This document shows, piece by piece, positions 49,661 through 63,606 of a stretch of DNA of 64,000 bases. The notes under the pieces are model-generated. The model saw only the letters and a program-made list of their open reading frames with translations, did not search any database and had not been told where the DNA came from. Each line of letters starts with the position of its first letter. Within the stretch, counting starts at the first letter, position 1. The DNA is from Eledone cirrhosa (Eukaryota). A program made the position numbers and the translations under genes. The DNA lies in the NCBI GenBank assembly GCA_964016885.1, contig OZ024740.1, positions 434,806,001-434,870,000 on the forward strand, given 5' to 3'.

Positions 49661-50907
49661 ACATGGTGTCCGACTCTACCGATGCTGCCAATCTACCGCC
49701 CTAACATGGTGTCCGACTCTACCGATGCTGCCAATCTACCGCCCTAACATGGTGTCCGACTCTACCGATGCTGCCAATCTACCGCCCTAACATGGTGTCC
49801 GACTCTACCGATGCTGCCAATCTACCGCCCTAACATGGCGTCCGACTCTACCGATGCTGCCAATCTACCGCCCTAACATGGTGTCCGACTCTACCGATGC
49901 TGCCAATCTACCGCCCTAACATGGTGTCCGACTCTACCGATGCTGCCAATCTACCGCCCTAACATGGTGTCCGACTCTACCGATGCTGCCAATCTACCGC
50001 CCTAACATGGTGTCCGACTACCGATGCTGCCAATCTACCGCCCTAACATGGTGTCCGACTCTACCGATGCTGCCAATCTACCGCCCTAACATGGTGTCCG
50101 ACTCTCTACCGATGCTGCCAATCTACCGCCCTAACATGGCGTCCGACTCTCTACCGATGCTGCCAATCTACCGCCCTAACATGGCGTCCGACTCTACCGA
50201 TGCTGCCAATCTACCGCCCTAACATGGTGTCCGACTCTCTACCGATGCTGCCAATCTACCGCCCTAACATGGTGTCCGACTCTCTACCGATGCTGCCAAT
50301 CTACCGCCCTAACATGGTGTCCGATGCTGCCAATCTACCGCCCTAACATGGTGTCCGACTCTCTACCGATGCTGCCAATCTACCGCCCTAACATGGTGTC
50401 CGATGCTGCCAATCTACCGCCCTAACATGGTGTCCGACTCTCTACCGATGCTGCCAATCTACCGCCCTAACATGGTGTCCGATGCTGCCAATCTACCGCC
50501 CTAACATGGTGTCCGACTCTCTACCGATGCTGCCAATCTACCGCCCTAACATGGTGTCCGACTCTCTACCGATGCTGCCAATCTACCGCCCTAACATGGT
50601 GTCCGACTCTCTACCGATGCTGCCAATCTACCGCCCTAACATGGTGTCCGACTCTCTACCGATGCTGCCAATCTACCGCCCTAACATGGCGTCCGACTCT
50701 ACCGATGCTGCCAATCTACCGCCCTAACATGGTGTCCGACTCTACCGATGCTGCCAATCTACCGCCCTAACATGGCGTCCGACTCTACCGATGCTGCCAA
50801 TCTACCGCCCTAACATGGTGTCCGACTCTACCGATGCTGCCAATCTACCGCCCTAACATGGTGTCCGACTCTACCGATGCTGCCAATCTGCCAATCTACC
50901 ACCCTAC
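49619..50907. repeat. 43-bp (34-45 bp) tandem array, about 30 copies, of the SINE 5' tRNA head
   Basis: CATGGTGTCCGACTCTACCGATGCTGCCAATCTACCGCCCTAA; the minus strand has A-box-like TGGCAGCATCGG. Confidence 0.95.
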
Positions 50908-51130
50908 AATAATAATAATAATGATAGTTTCTGATATAGACACAAGGCCAGTAATTTTTGGGGAGGGAAAATTCGATTAAATCAACCCCAGTATATTACT
51001 GGTGCTGTATTTTATCGACCCCGTGAAGATGAAAGGTAAAGCTAACCTCTGGGATTTTAACTTAGAACGTAAAGAGCCGTAACTCTATGCCACAAAGTAT
51101 GTTATCCGACGCTCTACCAATCCATTGCCC
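50908..51130 (-). mobile_element. Nin-like SINE, more diverged
   Basis: CACAAGGCCAG...TTTTATCGACCCCGTGAAGATGAAAGG. Confidence 0.7.
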
Positions 51131-53492
51131 TTTGTATAATAATAAATGTGAAGGTGGTGGTGTAGGATTAATTTGTCACAAGTAACCGTTGTAAGAAGTT
51201 GTATTACTAGAGTAGTGATAAAAATAAAACTAATGCTGTTACGTTAATACTTGAGTTAGTCAACACTAATGGTAAAATATGGCTTGGCACTATGTCAGAT
51301 ATTTTACTCTGGAGGACATTTTATTGGGATTTTACTTTCGGAAATTTAATATTTTGAAATTCAATAAATTAATTGATTCAACAGTAATAAGAGGAAGACT
51401 TGTCCACTGATAACTGTGTGTGCATGTATGTAAATACATAGGTCAAAAGATTGACACTGAAAACCATATTTTAAGGTTGTTGTAGATATGAAACAGTTTT
51501 TGTCCTGTAGAAGTCATTTCTATAATAAAATGAATATATCTATACTCTACTAATGTATTGAGTACCTATTTCTTAAGTGGTTGCCTCCCAATTTACATCG
51601 AGATCCTCCATATATATATACACACACACACAGAAATACATGCATACATAAGGATATGCCTATAAAATTAGTATGTGTATAAAAAACTACACCTGTAATT
51701 CATAGGGTACCTTGAAGATCACATTAGGGGTATACATGTCTGTTGAATGTTTAAAAACACAATAAATAAATATATTTATATATATATATAATTGTAACCA
51801 AGTGAATGGGAGCAAGCTACATTTAAATAAAGTTTTTGAGCTAACTATGACTGCAGAGTTTTCAAGTGGGATTGTAATAGAAAGTGGTATTGACTTTCTA
51901 GGACAATACAGCAACATTCTTCTATGTCTCTCAGTTGCAGCTGGAATGCCATTGTGGTTGAAGATGTTGAAATAGATTTGGGACAAATTCACTGAGAGGT
52001 ATTAGGAATTATAGAACAATGTAGTTCCATTATAGTTGAAATAAAAGATGAATACAATGTTTGTATTATAGAAATCTTGCCTTATGTCACTGTATCCAAA
52101 CAAGGAAGACCACTCTTTACTCTGATATGGCAACACTTGTCAAATGACTGCCATTTTTTCAACAGCAGTTCCTTCTATCAATTTCCCTTTCTTATTATTT
52201 CCAGTGTTCGTTAATTCATAACTTATTATTCAACATATAAATTTAACAACTTGTATTTAAAAAAACAAACAAAAACAAAACAATGAAGTTTTATTTCGTT
52301 GTAAAATTCAGTTGCCAGAGTGTCTGCTTCCTGGCTGGAAAAAAACACACAAAAAGAACAGGATGCTGTTTTGCCAACAAATATGGAAGACATTTCATCT
52401 TTTGCCATTGAAATTATTTATGAACAAACAAAATGGTTAGATCATTATTATTTCTTTTTTCAAAACTTACCATTTTTGCTATATTTTTTATGATTTCGAA
52501 GACAACATAGCTGTCCAAATTGTTTTTCAATGTTTCATATTTTATAATTCAGTGGGGAAAAAAAGGCTTGAGTAAAGATATTTGAAAGCATAATGCATAA
52601 AAAAAAACAACTGAATAACATTTGTTTGTTTTTAGGATTCCAAATTGCAGAAATTTTCACAACAAATAATCAAATAGTTTATACATAACATCTCGTAACT
52701 CATATTTTTACCTCTTAAAAATACTATTGAAATATACAGAAATAGTATAATTTACTGTTTTATAAAGCATGAGATAGTGAGGGGATTACTTCAAGAAATG
52801 CTATCGGTTTTGATTTAGTACAACCTATATTTATAGCATTTTTAGTAAACAAGTTCATTTTGTTTTAACATTGTGTGTTAGTAATAAGTGTATAAATACA
52901 TGAATTTATGTACATTTACAACAAAAACAAAACAAAAACCAACATTTTCTAGCATATTTAGTTTTAACTAAATTTTAAAGATATTTGAATGATGTCAGAG
53001 TGAAAATAAAAGCAACTCCAGTATACTAAACAAGTATGGCCTGGTAACGAGCCAAAACTATAGAGAAGTCAGAGGAGTTGAGTGAGAACTGGTGAATCAT
53101 GTATAAACTGGATAAGTTCAAACCCTTTCAAATTTTCAGATCGTTAAAGGGCCAAGGGTAAATCAACTTTATCAAATGATATACATATATGTATATGTAT
53201 ATATATCATCATCATCGCCAGTTTAATGTAGTTTTCGATGACGTCTACAGGACTAGAATTGTTGAACGAAACAGTTCTAGTTCTGTAGGAGTCATTTCTA
53301 TAATAAAACGTATTGAGTATCTTTTTTAACTGTGGTGTTCTCTTGATATACTTCAGGAACCAACCTCTTATATATATATATGATGAGTATTAACGACAAG
53401 CTAATGAATTTCTGGACTTTTATTTTGTTTATATATTTATTATTTATTATGCACTACCATTGCGTAAACTTAGCAATTGCAGAAAAAGGCAT

Positions 53493-55324
53493 CTAAGGAC
53501 CAGACTGTTCAACTGAGTGGTAGGCTAGGCTCAACAACCTAAGGACCAGACTGTTCAACTGAGTGGTAGGCTAGGCTCAACAACCTAAGGACCAGACTGT
53601 TCAACTGAGTGGTAGGCTAGGCCCAACAACCTAAGGACCAGACTGTTCAACTGAGTGGTAGGCTAGGCTCAACAACCTAAGGACCAGACTGTTCAACTGA
53701 GTGGTAGGCTAGGCTCAACAACCTAAGGACCAGACTATTCAACTGAGTGGTAGGCTAGGCTCAACAACCTAAGGACCAGACTATTCAACTGAGTGGTAGG
53801 CTAGGCCCAACAACCTAAGGACCAGACTGTTCAACTGAGTGGTAGGCTAGGCTCAACAACCTAAGGACCAGACTGTTCAACTGAGTGGTAGGCTAGGCTC
53901 AACAACCTAAGGACCAGACTGTTCAACTGAGTGGTAGGCTAGGCTCAACAACCTAAGGACCAGACTGTTCAACTGAGTGGTAGGCTAGGCTCAACAACCT
54001 AAGGACCAGACTATTCAACTGAGTGGTAGGCTAGGCTCAACAACCTAAGGACCAGACTGTTCAACTGAGTGGTAGGCTAGGCTCAACAACCTAAGGACCA
54101 GACTATTCAACTGAGTGGTAGGCTAGGCTCAACAACCTAAGGACCAGACTGTTCAACTGAGTGGTAGGCTAGGCTCAACAACCTAAGGACCAGACTATTC
54201 AACTGAGTGGTAGGCTAGGCTCAACAACCTAAGGACCAGACTATTCAACTGAGTGGTAGGCTAGGCTCAACAACCTAAGGACCAGACTATTCAACTGAGT
54301 GGTAGGCTAGGCTCAACAACCTAAGGACCAGACTATTCAACTGAGTGGTAGGCTAGGCCCAACAACCTAAGGACCAGACTGTTCAACTGAGTGGTAGGCT
54401 AGGCTCAACAACCTAAGGACCAGACTGTTCAACTGAGTGGTAGGCTAGGCTCAACAACCTAAGGACCAGACTGTTCAACTGAGTGGTAGGCTAGGCTCAA
54501 CAACCTAAGGACCAGACTGTTCAACTGAGTGGTAGGCTAGGCTCAACAACCTAAGGACCAGACTATTCAACTGAGTGGTAGGCTAGGCTCAACAACCTAA
54601 GGACCAGACTGTTCAACTGAGTGGTAGGCTAGGCTCAACAACCTAAGGACCAGACTGTTCAACTGAGTGGTAGGCTAGGCTCAACAACCTAAGGACCAGA
54701 CTGTTCAACTGAGTGGTAGGCTAGGCTCAACAACCTAAGGACCAGACTGTTCAACTGAGTGGTAGGCTAGGCTCAACAACCTAAGGACCAGACTATTCAA
54801 CTGAGTGGTAGGCTAGGCTCAACAACCTAAGGACCAGACTGTTCAACTGAGTGGTAGGCTAGGCTCAACAACCTAAGGACCAGACTATTCAACTGAGTGG
54901 TAGGCTAGGCTCAACAACCTAAGGACCAGACTATTCAACTGAGTGGTAGGCTAGGCTCAACAACCTAAGGACCAGACTGTTCAACTGAGTGGTAGGCTAG
55001 GCTCCACAACCTAAGGACCAGACTGTTCAACTGAGTGGTAGGCTAGGCTCAACAACCTAAGGACCAGACTATTCAACTGAGTGGTAGGCTAGGCTCAACA
55101 ACCTAAGGACCAGACTATTCAACTGAGTGGTAGGCTAGGCTCAACAACCTAAGGACCAGACTGTTCAACTGAGTGGTAGGCTAGGCTCAACAACCTAAGG
55201 ACCAGACTGTTCAACTGAGTGGTAGGCTAGGCTCAACAACCTAAGGACCAGACTATTCAACTGAGTGGTAGGCTAGGCTCAACAACCTAAGGACCAGACT
55301 GTTCAACTGAGTGGTAGGCTAGGC
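53493..55324. repeat. 46-bp tandem repeat, about 40 copies
   Basis: CTAAGGACCAGACT(G/A)TTCAACTGAGTGGTAGGCTAGGCTCAACAAC, highly homogeneous. Confidence 0.99.
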
Positions 55325-56007
55325 CTATACCCAACAACTGGCTCTGTAATTTATATCATTTTGTCTTGTGCATTAAAAAAAATATTTTTTCCTTTGACAC
55401 ATGACAACACATTTATGATGAAAAGACACAATCGATTTATTTATTGATCCACCCAAAGGAATACAAAGGAAAATTGAGCCCAATAGAATTGAAATCGATT
55501 TAACAAAGTTATTCAGTCTAACATGCTATTATTTCTATCACTCTAATAATTTCTTACATCTGCACAAGGCCATAATTTTAGTAGGAAGGGAGTTATTCAA
55601 AATTGATTTAAACTGATATTTCTTTTATAGATACTCGAAGAGTGAAGAAAAACTTATGTTGACATTCTGAGATATTTGAGCTCAGATCATAACCAGATGA
55701 TGCAGCAAGGTGTTTTGTCTGATGATCTATCAATTCTATTGTCTACTTCCCTTTTAGTATTAATAATCTTGATTTTGAACTTACACATAAGACGACACCT
55801 TTTAATGAGAGGGTACATGTGTTGAACCTCGGAAGGATAAAAGGCAAAGTTAACTGCGGTGGGATTTCAGTTCAAAATGTAAAGGTATTCAATAATAATA
55901 GACACAGAATTTTACTCTGTATAAAGAATATAAAATGTCAAAGTTTTTTTTTTATTGTGGGCTTACTTCATCTATTGAGGTAAAGCTGTGAGCTGTTGAT
56001 ATGTAAC

Positions 56008-56235
56008 TTCATGTTACCAACCCAGCCAAAACCAGCTCTGGTTCTATGAAATAAAACCACCCATTTTAAAGGTTTCCAATTTAAATTAAAATCTTCCAAC
56101 ATAATTATATATAAGAACCCTACATTAAGTTACTATCTTAGTAATGAAATAGTTAATAATTTTAGTAAATCCTTCAAAATTCTTCATTAATTAATTGAAA
56201 CAGTGTATTTCATTAGAAATGCAGTCATGAAAGGG
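56008..56235 (-). mobile_element. piggyBac-type MITE P1
   Basis: Reverse complement of 14160-14360; ends GAAAGGG-TTAA. Confidence 0.8.
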
Positions 56236-56751
56236 TTAAGAGTTTCAAAACTTATAACAGCTATAGTACTGACAAAGGCCATTAGTTTTTATACCTAAAA
56301 CTATCTGATTGATAAAAACACGTTTTATTTCTACTTTACTGATTAGTGGTTATCAATAAACAAAAATTGTTGTAAAAATAGTAAAAATATTTAACGTCTA
56401 ACTTTAACAAAAACTATGCTAGCTTAGACAAGTGTATTACCTCTTGTGTTAGCCACAAAAATCTTGCCGATAACTTATTTAAAGATATTTATTGAAACCA
56501 AATTAGGTAGAAAAAAAAAAACAAATAAAAAAAAAAACACACACACACGAAACAAACAGAAAAGCAGATTAGAGAATATCACCCAAAACTGATTTCAACA
56601 TAAAAATATGAAAGAGTGCCACAGCTTTATCTGATATTTTAAAAAAGGTTTGTACTATTGATTTCTTCTGACTAGATATAAGGAAGGGATATGGTTGAGT
56701 GAACCTGGCTATGATATATTACTGATACTTAAGCTATAAAGGAAAGTTGCT

Positions 56752-57120
56752 TGACAAGATCTTAGACCTCATTCGTTTACCAATTGGGTGGAAGTTGTCA
56801 AATCAGTTGGTCTTTCCCTTGCTGATACTATCTACCAATCACAACTCCTGGTAGAATATATACAATTAGGGAATCTATCGACAAGATCCCAGATCTCATT
56901 TGCTTACTGAGTGTGTGAGGTGGGTGAACTTGACAAATTGGACCAAGGAAACAAGGTTTCCATTTATCTCCATTGCTGATACTATCTATTGGTTGCAACT
57001 CCTGACAGAAGGAGCAACTCCTAAAGACATATCACATTGCCCAGTCTGGGAATCGAACTTGCAACCTCACAATTGTGAATCCAATTCTTTAATCACTAGG
57101 CTACCTGCCCCTGCCTTCAC
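56752..57120 (-). mobile_element. Two adjacent CORE-type SINE pieces (family of 11690-11906)
   Basis: GACAAGATC..GA.CTCATT tail occurs twice; GGGAATCGAAC and GCCTTCAC head. Confidence 0.7.
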
Positions 57121-58443
57121 ATATTTTAATTTGGTGTTCTATAACTTTAGATAACTTCATCATCCTAGGAATTTATGACACAGAAATAAAAAAAATAATG
57201 AAAAAAGGGAGTATTTTAGTGATATTGTTCGGTAAAAGTTTGGAGCCCAGATTAATTCAATCTGAAATAATCATTTGAAGGATATTTTTTAATATTTTTT
57301 TTCTCTGGATTTAAAATATTTATATATTTTATTACAACAAATCTGAATCATTAAATAAGTGGTTTGAATTTATAAAGCAGTTGAATTAAAAAACAACTGA
57401 TTAAGTTAATTAAAATAAAACATCTCAACCACTTTCTCAGGATTCTGACAGCCAACACAATTGGCCAGATAAATATTTATATTTATACATATATAAAACA
57501 TAGCCTGATAAATATTTATATTTATACATACTTTAAATGTTTGTATATTACATAAATATATATAAAACATTCAACAGTGTACAGAGGAATATATATATAT
57601 ATATAATGTGTATATATAATATATATATATATCTGTTTTCAAGAAATATACATCAGAGACCTAAAGATGTGATGCAATGGGAGGCTATATATATACATAT
57701 GTATATACATCATATACTCATCCCTTTCCATTTAGAAGGTTTTAAACCCCATTATCAGGCTAATTTTGTCAAAATACGGTGAAAGCTTCTATTTTTAACT
57801 CAATTTCAAACTTCGCTCACCGTCTTCAAAACAACACGCTTGCTTTGTTAATACAGATATACATAGTGGCTGCCAACTCGTTTTCGAGTACGGCCACTAT
57901 TTTATATGCATGTAGGAGAACCCCTACCGATGCACTGAACGAGTGTGACTTTTTAGTCCAGCCAGCGACTTGAAAACTCTGGTACAAACAGTACACTTGT
58001 GACAATTATTGACACATAGTGCTGGGCCCATGGTACCATGTGACGACAAGTGCAGAGAGATCGCCAGATATAAAGCAATGCCTGTGCCGTGAAGCTTTTA
58101 TAGTGAGCAAAGGCACTGCACAAAGCCAGTCCCACTCTCTTAACCAAGCTGATATTTACCAAAAAGAAGAACAAGTCAACATCATTGGATACCATCAGGG
58201 TTGCAGGTGTTATATCAGAGTTTTCCTTCTACTAGAATTCTGCCTTGACAAAGGCTAAGGGGTCATCTCTCCCGGTGATTTTGGATGGCCATTGACTCTT
58301 AAGAGCTCCTTTGCCCTTTGACAGGTTTTGTTTTTAGTCCTGCCGGATGTCCAAAGTCACCCTCCTCACCAAGAAACCTTGGTGGGGTTGCCAGTTTAGT
58401 CGCCAACAACCCAACCATGGGACAGGTTGTACTGGGATACATG

Positions 58444-58474
<31 letters not shown>

Positions 58475-59682
58475 CACACACATACAGACATATACACACA
58501 TATATATGTCTAAACTTGATATGCAAAGGCTGAATAATATACATACCTAAATATATGTAAAATATTATGTATATATATATATATGTGTAAAACACTAACC
58601 AAACATAATATGCAAAGTCTTTAAAATATAAAGATCTTAAACATGTTATGTGAAAGACTATATATATATATACACACACATATCATCATCATCATGAGAC
58701 GTTAAACGATGATGATTATATATAAGTAGTATTTACATTTATTCACAGTAAAGGGCTGTATAATAAATAGTGTGAAATATTGTATATAAAAGGTTATATA
58801 ATACATAGACGTCAACATAATATATTAAAGGGGGGGCTGTACAATAGAGCAAATGACGACATATAAAAGGGTTGTGTATGTATATGGTATTCACAAGGAA
58901 ATTAGTTATGGAAGCTAAAATAACAACTGCATGGTGTTATTAGTTTGATGTCAAACAATATAATATACAGATTGTCATCCAAATCTAAATTGTAGGGAAT
59001 ATCTCCTGGTTTATCAATGGCCCCCACAAGAACTGGTACATTACTACCAGTTTCATAATATGGAGAAGTTAAATCTCCTCTCAGATGCCAGTCAGATATT
59101 GATAAACATTCTCAGAAGATCTTTTATGTAAAGTTGGTGAACAGTTGAAACATGTATTTACTGTTCAGCTACACAAATACCTGCAGCAGAAATGAACTCA
59201 ACAACTCACAGTCTTTCATTTTGTGATTTTACAAAGGTCTTTTGTTTGTGTTTTTTAAGTAGTTAAAATCATAAGTGTTGAAGGTGTTTATATCAGAAAT
59301 GATAGAAAGTTTGCCTGTTTATTTACACGATTAAATCACTAATTACTGTCGAGGCCTTTATTGGTGGGAGCAATGAGCTTTCAATCTGGCAGCAGGTGAG
59401 TATGAAATGGTAAACTACGAAGCCGTTATAAATCAAATATTTTTAACAATAATATAGATTCAATATTCCACAATTAAAAATTAAGAGAAGACAACTCTCT
59501 CTCATCTCTTTCACTTTTCCATCCTAAACACATTTCTTGGTTTTGTTTTCATTTATCAGAGATCTTCATCTTCACCACTTTATAATTAATAGTTTTCATT
59601 AATTTACAAAAACAAAGTCATAACAAAATGTAAATAAATACATTTACTTATCTAAAGTTTATTCAACAGAATAAAGGATATT

Positions 59683-59717
59683 ATATATATACGTGTATAT
59701 ATGTGTATGTATGTATG

Positions 59718-59752
<35 letters not shown>

Positions 59753-59835
59753 GTGTATATATGTATGTATGTATATATATATATATATATGTATGTATAT
59801 ATAGACATATACTGAAGATATATACATATATACAC
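59683..59835. repeat. (TA)n/(TATG)n microsatellite
   Basis: Directly visible. Confidence 0.9.
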
Positions 59836-60592
59836 AAGTATAGACATACGTATGAAGGAATCCAACAGGTACCAATTTTGCTCGTTGAAGGAATTAATAA
59901 GAATCAATTATTCAGAGCATAACAAAAATTATATTTGGGAAACGTAAATAAGATAAAGAAACATTTCCCTATTTACTGCAGTTTCATTGAGTAAACCTTG
60001 AACTGGGAACATCTCAAATCATCAGGGAACATTTTCAAACAAGAAAGTATTCAATTGAATTGTCCGCTACCATCGATAAAAATCAATATAAAGAGAGAGG
60101 TTGTTTAGATCTGAAATTGTTCCACATTACCACAGCGGCAGTGTTTGTTTAAAGTGGCTTTTGTCACATCTGTTTGCTACGAATAAATTAAAAATGGATC
60201 AAATGGTGGTGCTACTTCAACGTGAAGAAAATGACCATTCATTAAATATTACTTCTATATTTAGGTCAATAATTGCTCAGTATACCATGATAACATTACT
60301 ACTCGGTATATATTGTACCACTACTACTCAGTATACCATTATAACATTACTACTCAGTATACCATTATAACATTACTACTCAGTATATATTGTACCACTA
60401 CTACTCAGAGAAAAAAACCATTTGAGATACTTCCCACCTCAAACTAGGAATATCTTTTCCTACTACAAACAGAAACAATATCTGCCTTTCTTCCTACACT
60501 GTAATGTTGAGCTGCAGCAGACATCCAAAATGAGAGATAACCTATATTATTATCAAGAACATGGTACAAAGGAATAAAACAGTCTTTTGATG

Positions 60593-61955
60593 ACCTGACA
60601 GTAATACAAACCTAACAGTATTACTAACCTGATAGTAATACTAACCTGACAGTATTACTAACCTGATAGTAATACTAACCTGGCAGTAATACTAACCTGG
60701 CAGTAATACTAACCCGACAGTATTACTAACCTGGCAGTAATACTAACCTGGCAGTAATACTAACCTGACAGTAATACTAACCTGACAGTATTATTAACCT
60801 GACAGTATTACTAACCTGACAGTATTACTAACCTGACAGTATTACTAACCTAACAGTATTACTAACCTAACAGTATTACTAACCTGACGGTATTACTAAC
60901 CTAACAGTATTACTAACCTGACAGTATTACTAACCTGGCAGTAATACTAACCTGGCAGTAATATTAACCTGACAGTAATACTAACCTGACAGTATTATTA
61001 ACCTGACAGTATTATTAACCTGACAGTATTACTAACCTGACAGTATTACTAATCTAACAGTAATACTAACCTAACAGTATTACTAACCTAACAGTATTAC
61101 TAACCTGACGGTATTACTAACCTAACAGTATTACTAACCTGACAGTATTACTAACCTGACAGTATTACTAACCTGACAGTAATACTAACCTAACAGTAAT
61201 ACTAACCTGACAGTAATACTAACCTGACAGTAATACTAACCTGACAGTATTACTAATCTAACAGTAATACTAACCTGATAGTATTACTAACCTGACAGTA
61301 TTACTAATCTAACAGTATTACTAACCTGACAGTATTACTAATCTAACAGTAATACTAACCTAACAGTATTACTAACCTGACAGTATTACCAACCTGACAG
61401 TAATACTAACCTGACAGTATTACTAACCTAACAGTAATACTAACCTGACAGTAATACTAACCTAACAGTATTACTAACCTAACAGTATTACTAACCTAAC
61501 AGTAATACTAACCTAACAGTAATACTAACCTAACAGTAATACTAACCTGACAGTATTACTAACCTGACAGTATTACTAATCTAACAGTAATACTAACCTG
61601 ACAGTATTACTAACCTAACAGTAATACTAACCTAACAGTAATACTAACCTAACAGTAATACTAACCTAACAGTAATACTAACCTGACAGTAATACTAACC
61701 TAACAGTATTACTAACCTGACAGTAATACTAACCTAACAGTAATACTAACCTGACAGTATTACTAATCTAACAGTAATACTAACCTGACAGTAATACTAA
61801 CCTAACAGTAATACTAACCTGACAGTATTACTAACCTGACAGTAATACTAACCTAACAGTAATACTAACCTGACAGTATTACTAGTCTAACAGTAATACT
61901 AACCTGACAGTATTACTAACCTAACAGTATTACTAACCTGGCAGTAATACTAACC
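60593..61955. repeat. 17-bp minisatellite, about 80 copies
   Basis: AACCT(G/A)ACAGTA(T/A)TACT. Confidence 0.98.
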
Positions 61956-62517
61956 ACAGCAAAAATATTGTCTTCCCTGTGTTTGAGTGAAAGCAAGTAG
62001 CTAGATTGGATATATTAGCTAGGATGTAACAATACACATGTGTGTAGATATACATACACACACATTATATATATATATACATACACTAACATACAAATGA
62101 TATACAATGACATCGAGATATACAATGACATCGAGTTTTAAAAAGTTAATAATTAATTAAAAATTAACAATTAAAATGGTATTTAAAAAATAAAAATGAT
62201 ATAAACTAAGAAATTTCTTTTTTAAAACAGCTTTCAACAAATCCCAGCATAAATTGAAAAGAAAGGAAAGATGAGGAAGATATATCAGTTGGAACCAGTA
62301 AATATCTTGTTTAGGAAAAGAAAATGTTTCACTTTAAATTGACTTTAATTTCCTTCCTGTTGAATAATTCCTTTCATATGTTAGTTGCTGGTGTTGTTAA
62401 TCTACTGGTTGAGGCACTAACAGCCAACCACAGCTGTTAGTGCCTCAACCTTTAGAGAAATTGATTTTCTTTTTGAGATGATTGAACTGGCTTGTTTTAG
62501 TTTAATTTTTTCAAGCT

Positions 62518-62838
62518 TCATAAAGCAGCTTCTTTATCTTCAAGTGATCTTTCAAAAGACTGTACAGTTTTCTCTAACACTGCCAAGCTGTCATCTTCTC
62601 CCTCAGTTTCATTTTTTTGTAATTCCGTGTCTGTATTGCTGGGGCTGAGGTCAAGAAAGCCATTCAAATGAGCTGAAGTATCAGATTTACCCTCAATTAT
62701 TTCAGTTAAAGTCCTGTTAAGTGTTTCAGAATCCATTAATTCTCTCATTTCTTCATCATCTCCACCAACACTCATGAAACTGCCAATCATGGTTGCAGAT
62801 TCGAAACCTGACCCATGGTCCATTTTTAGTTGCAGTAC
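62518..62838 (-). CDS. Terminal coding exon of an unidentified convergent gene (106 aa, acidic)
   Basis: Minus-strand acceptor TTTCAATTGTACAG in frame with ORF 62518-62823 (VLQLKMDHGSGFESATMIGSF...EDKEAAL*); non-repetitive and protein-like. Confidence 0.7.
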   Translation of the reverse strand, partial: VLQLKMDHGSGFESATMIGSFMSVGGDDEEMRELMDSETLNRTLTEIIEGKSDTSAHLNGFLDLSPSNTDTELQKNETEGEDDSLAVLEKTVQSFERSLEDKEAAL

Positions 62839-62959
62839 CTGTACAATTGAAATAGAAGTTAGAAAGATATTTCGTTGAAAGGTCTGTTACTCTGCATCTC
62901 TTTCTCTAGACCCTGTAAAAATACAAGAGGATAAATCTAAAGTCTGTCTTGAGCTTGGA

Positions 62960-63140
62960 GGCTCATCTGGTTAGTGGTCATCCTGGTTTCCATGGCGAGA
63001 AGTGACTGCAAGTACAAGACTTCCCCCTGGACAGGACACCAGTCCGTCACAGGGTTAAACCCCCAGCTATTACTGGTATTAATTTTCAGTTGAGTACACT
63101 GGAGCAATGTGAAAATGAAGTGTTTTGCTCAACACATAAC
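62960..63140 (-). mobile_element. SINE 3' part (CORE-type)
   Basis: CTGGAGCAATGTGAAAATGAAGTGTTTTGCTCAA shared with other SINEs, with a different distal domain (CCCCCTGGACAGGACACCAGTCC). Confidence 0.65.
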
Positions 63141-63606
63141 CCAGTCCATCGCAAAATTATAATTGTAAGTCCAACACACCACTAGACTGCACACCTCCAC
63201 AATTTCTTTCTTTAGATCCTGTAAACTCCTGCTAGAGTAAGAGGAATACTGTAATGACATAGAGTGTTTCTTGAACATTTTGTTTAAACCTGGCAAAGCC
63301 CCCCTTTCCTGCCCGATCTGAATATGGCAAATTTCTTCCAGAGTAAGGAAGATAGATAGCAAAAATCGACCCCAACACTGTACTGGTACTTTTTTATTGA
63401 CCTCAGAGCAGTGAGGACCTGAAACTGCAAAGTATTCTACCTGTTGTTCTGTCATTTTACTACCACAGGGGTAGCAATATATAGAATGTCGTATATTGAG
63501 GGTGGTTGTGTGTGGGTGAGGGTCTTCAGAATATTGTGGGTGGTTACTTTAAGTTGGATTAATTCTATGATGGAGTTTCAGAAGAATATTATCCTAAATC
63601 GAAGGG

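Noticed and set aside
58190-58430. Possible HDV-like ribozyme or LINE 5' UTR (CCTCCTCACCAAG..CTTGGTG)
   Set aside because: Only a simple hairpin; I could not build the nested double pseudoknot by eye
62518-62838. Gene name for the convergent exon
   Set aside because: No recognisable domain; needs BLASTp
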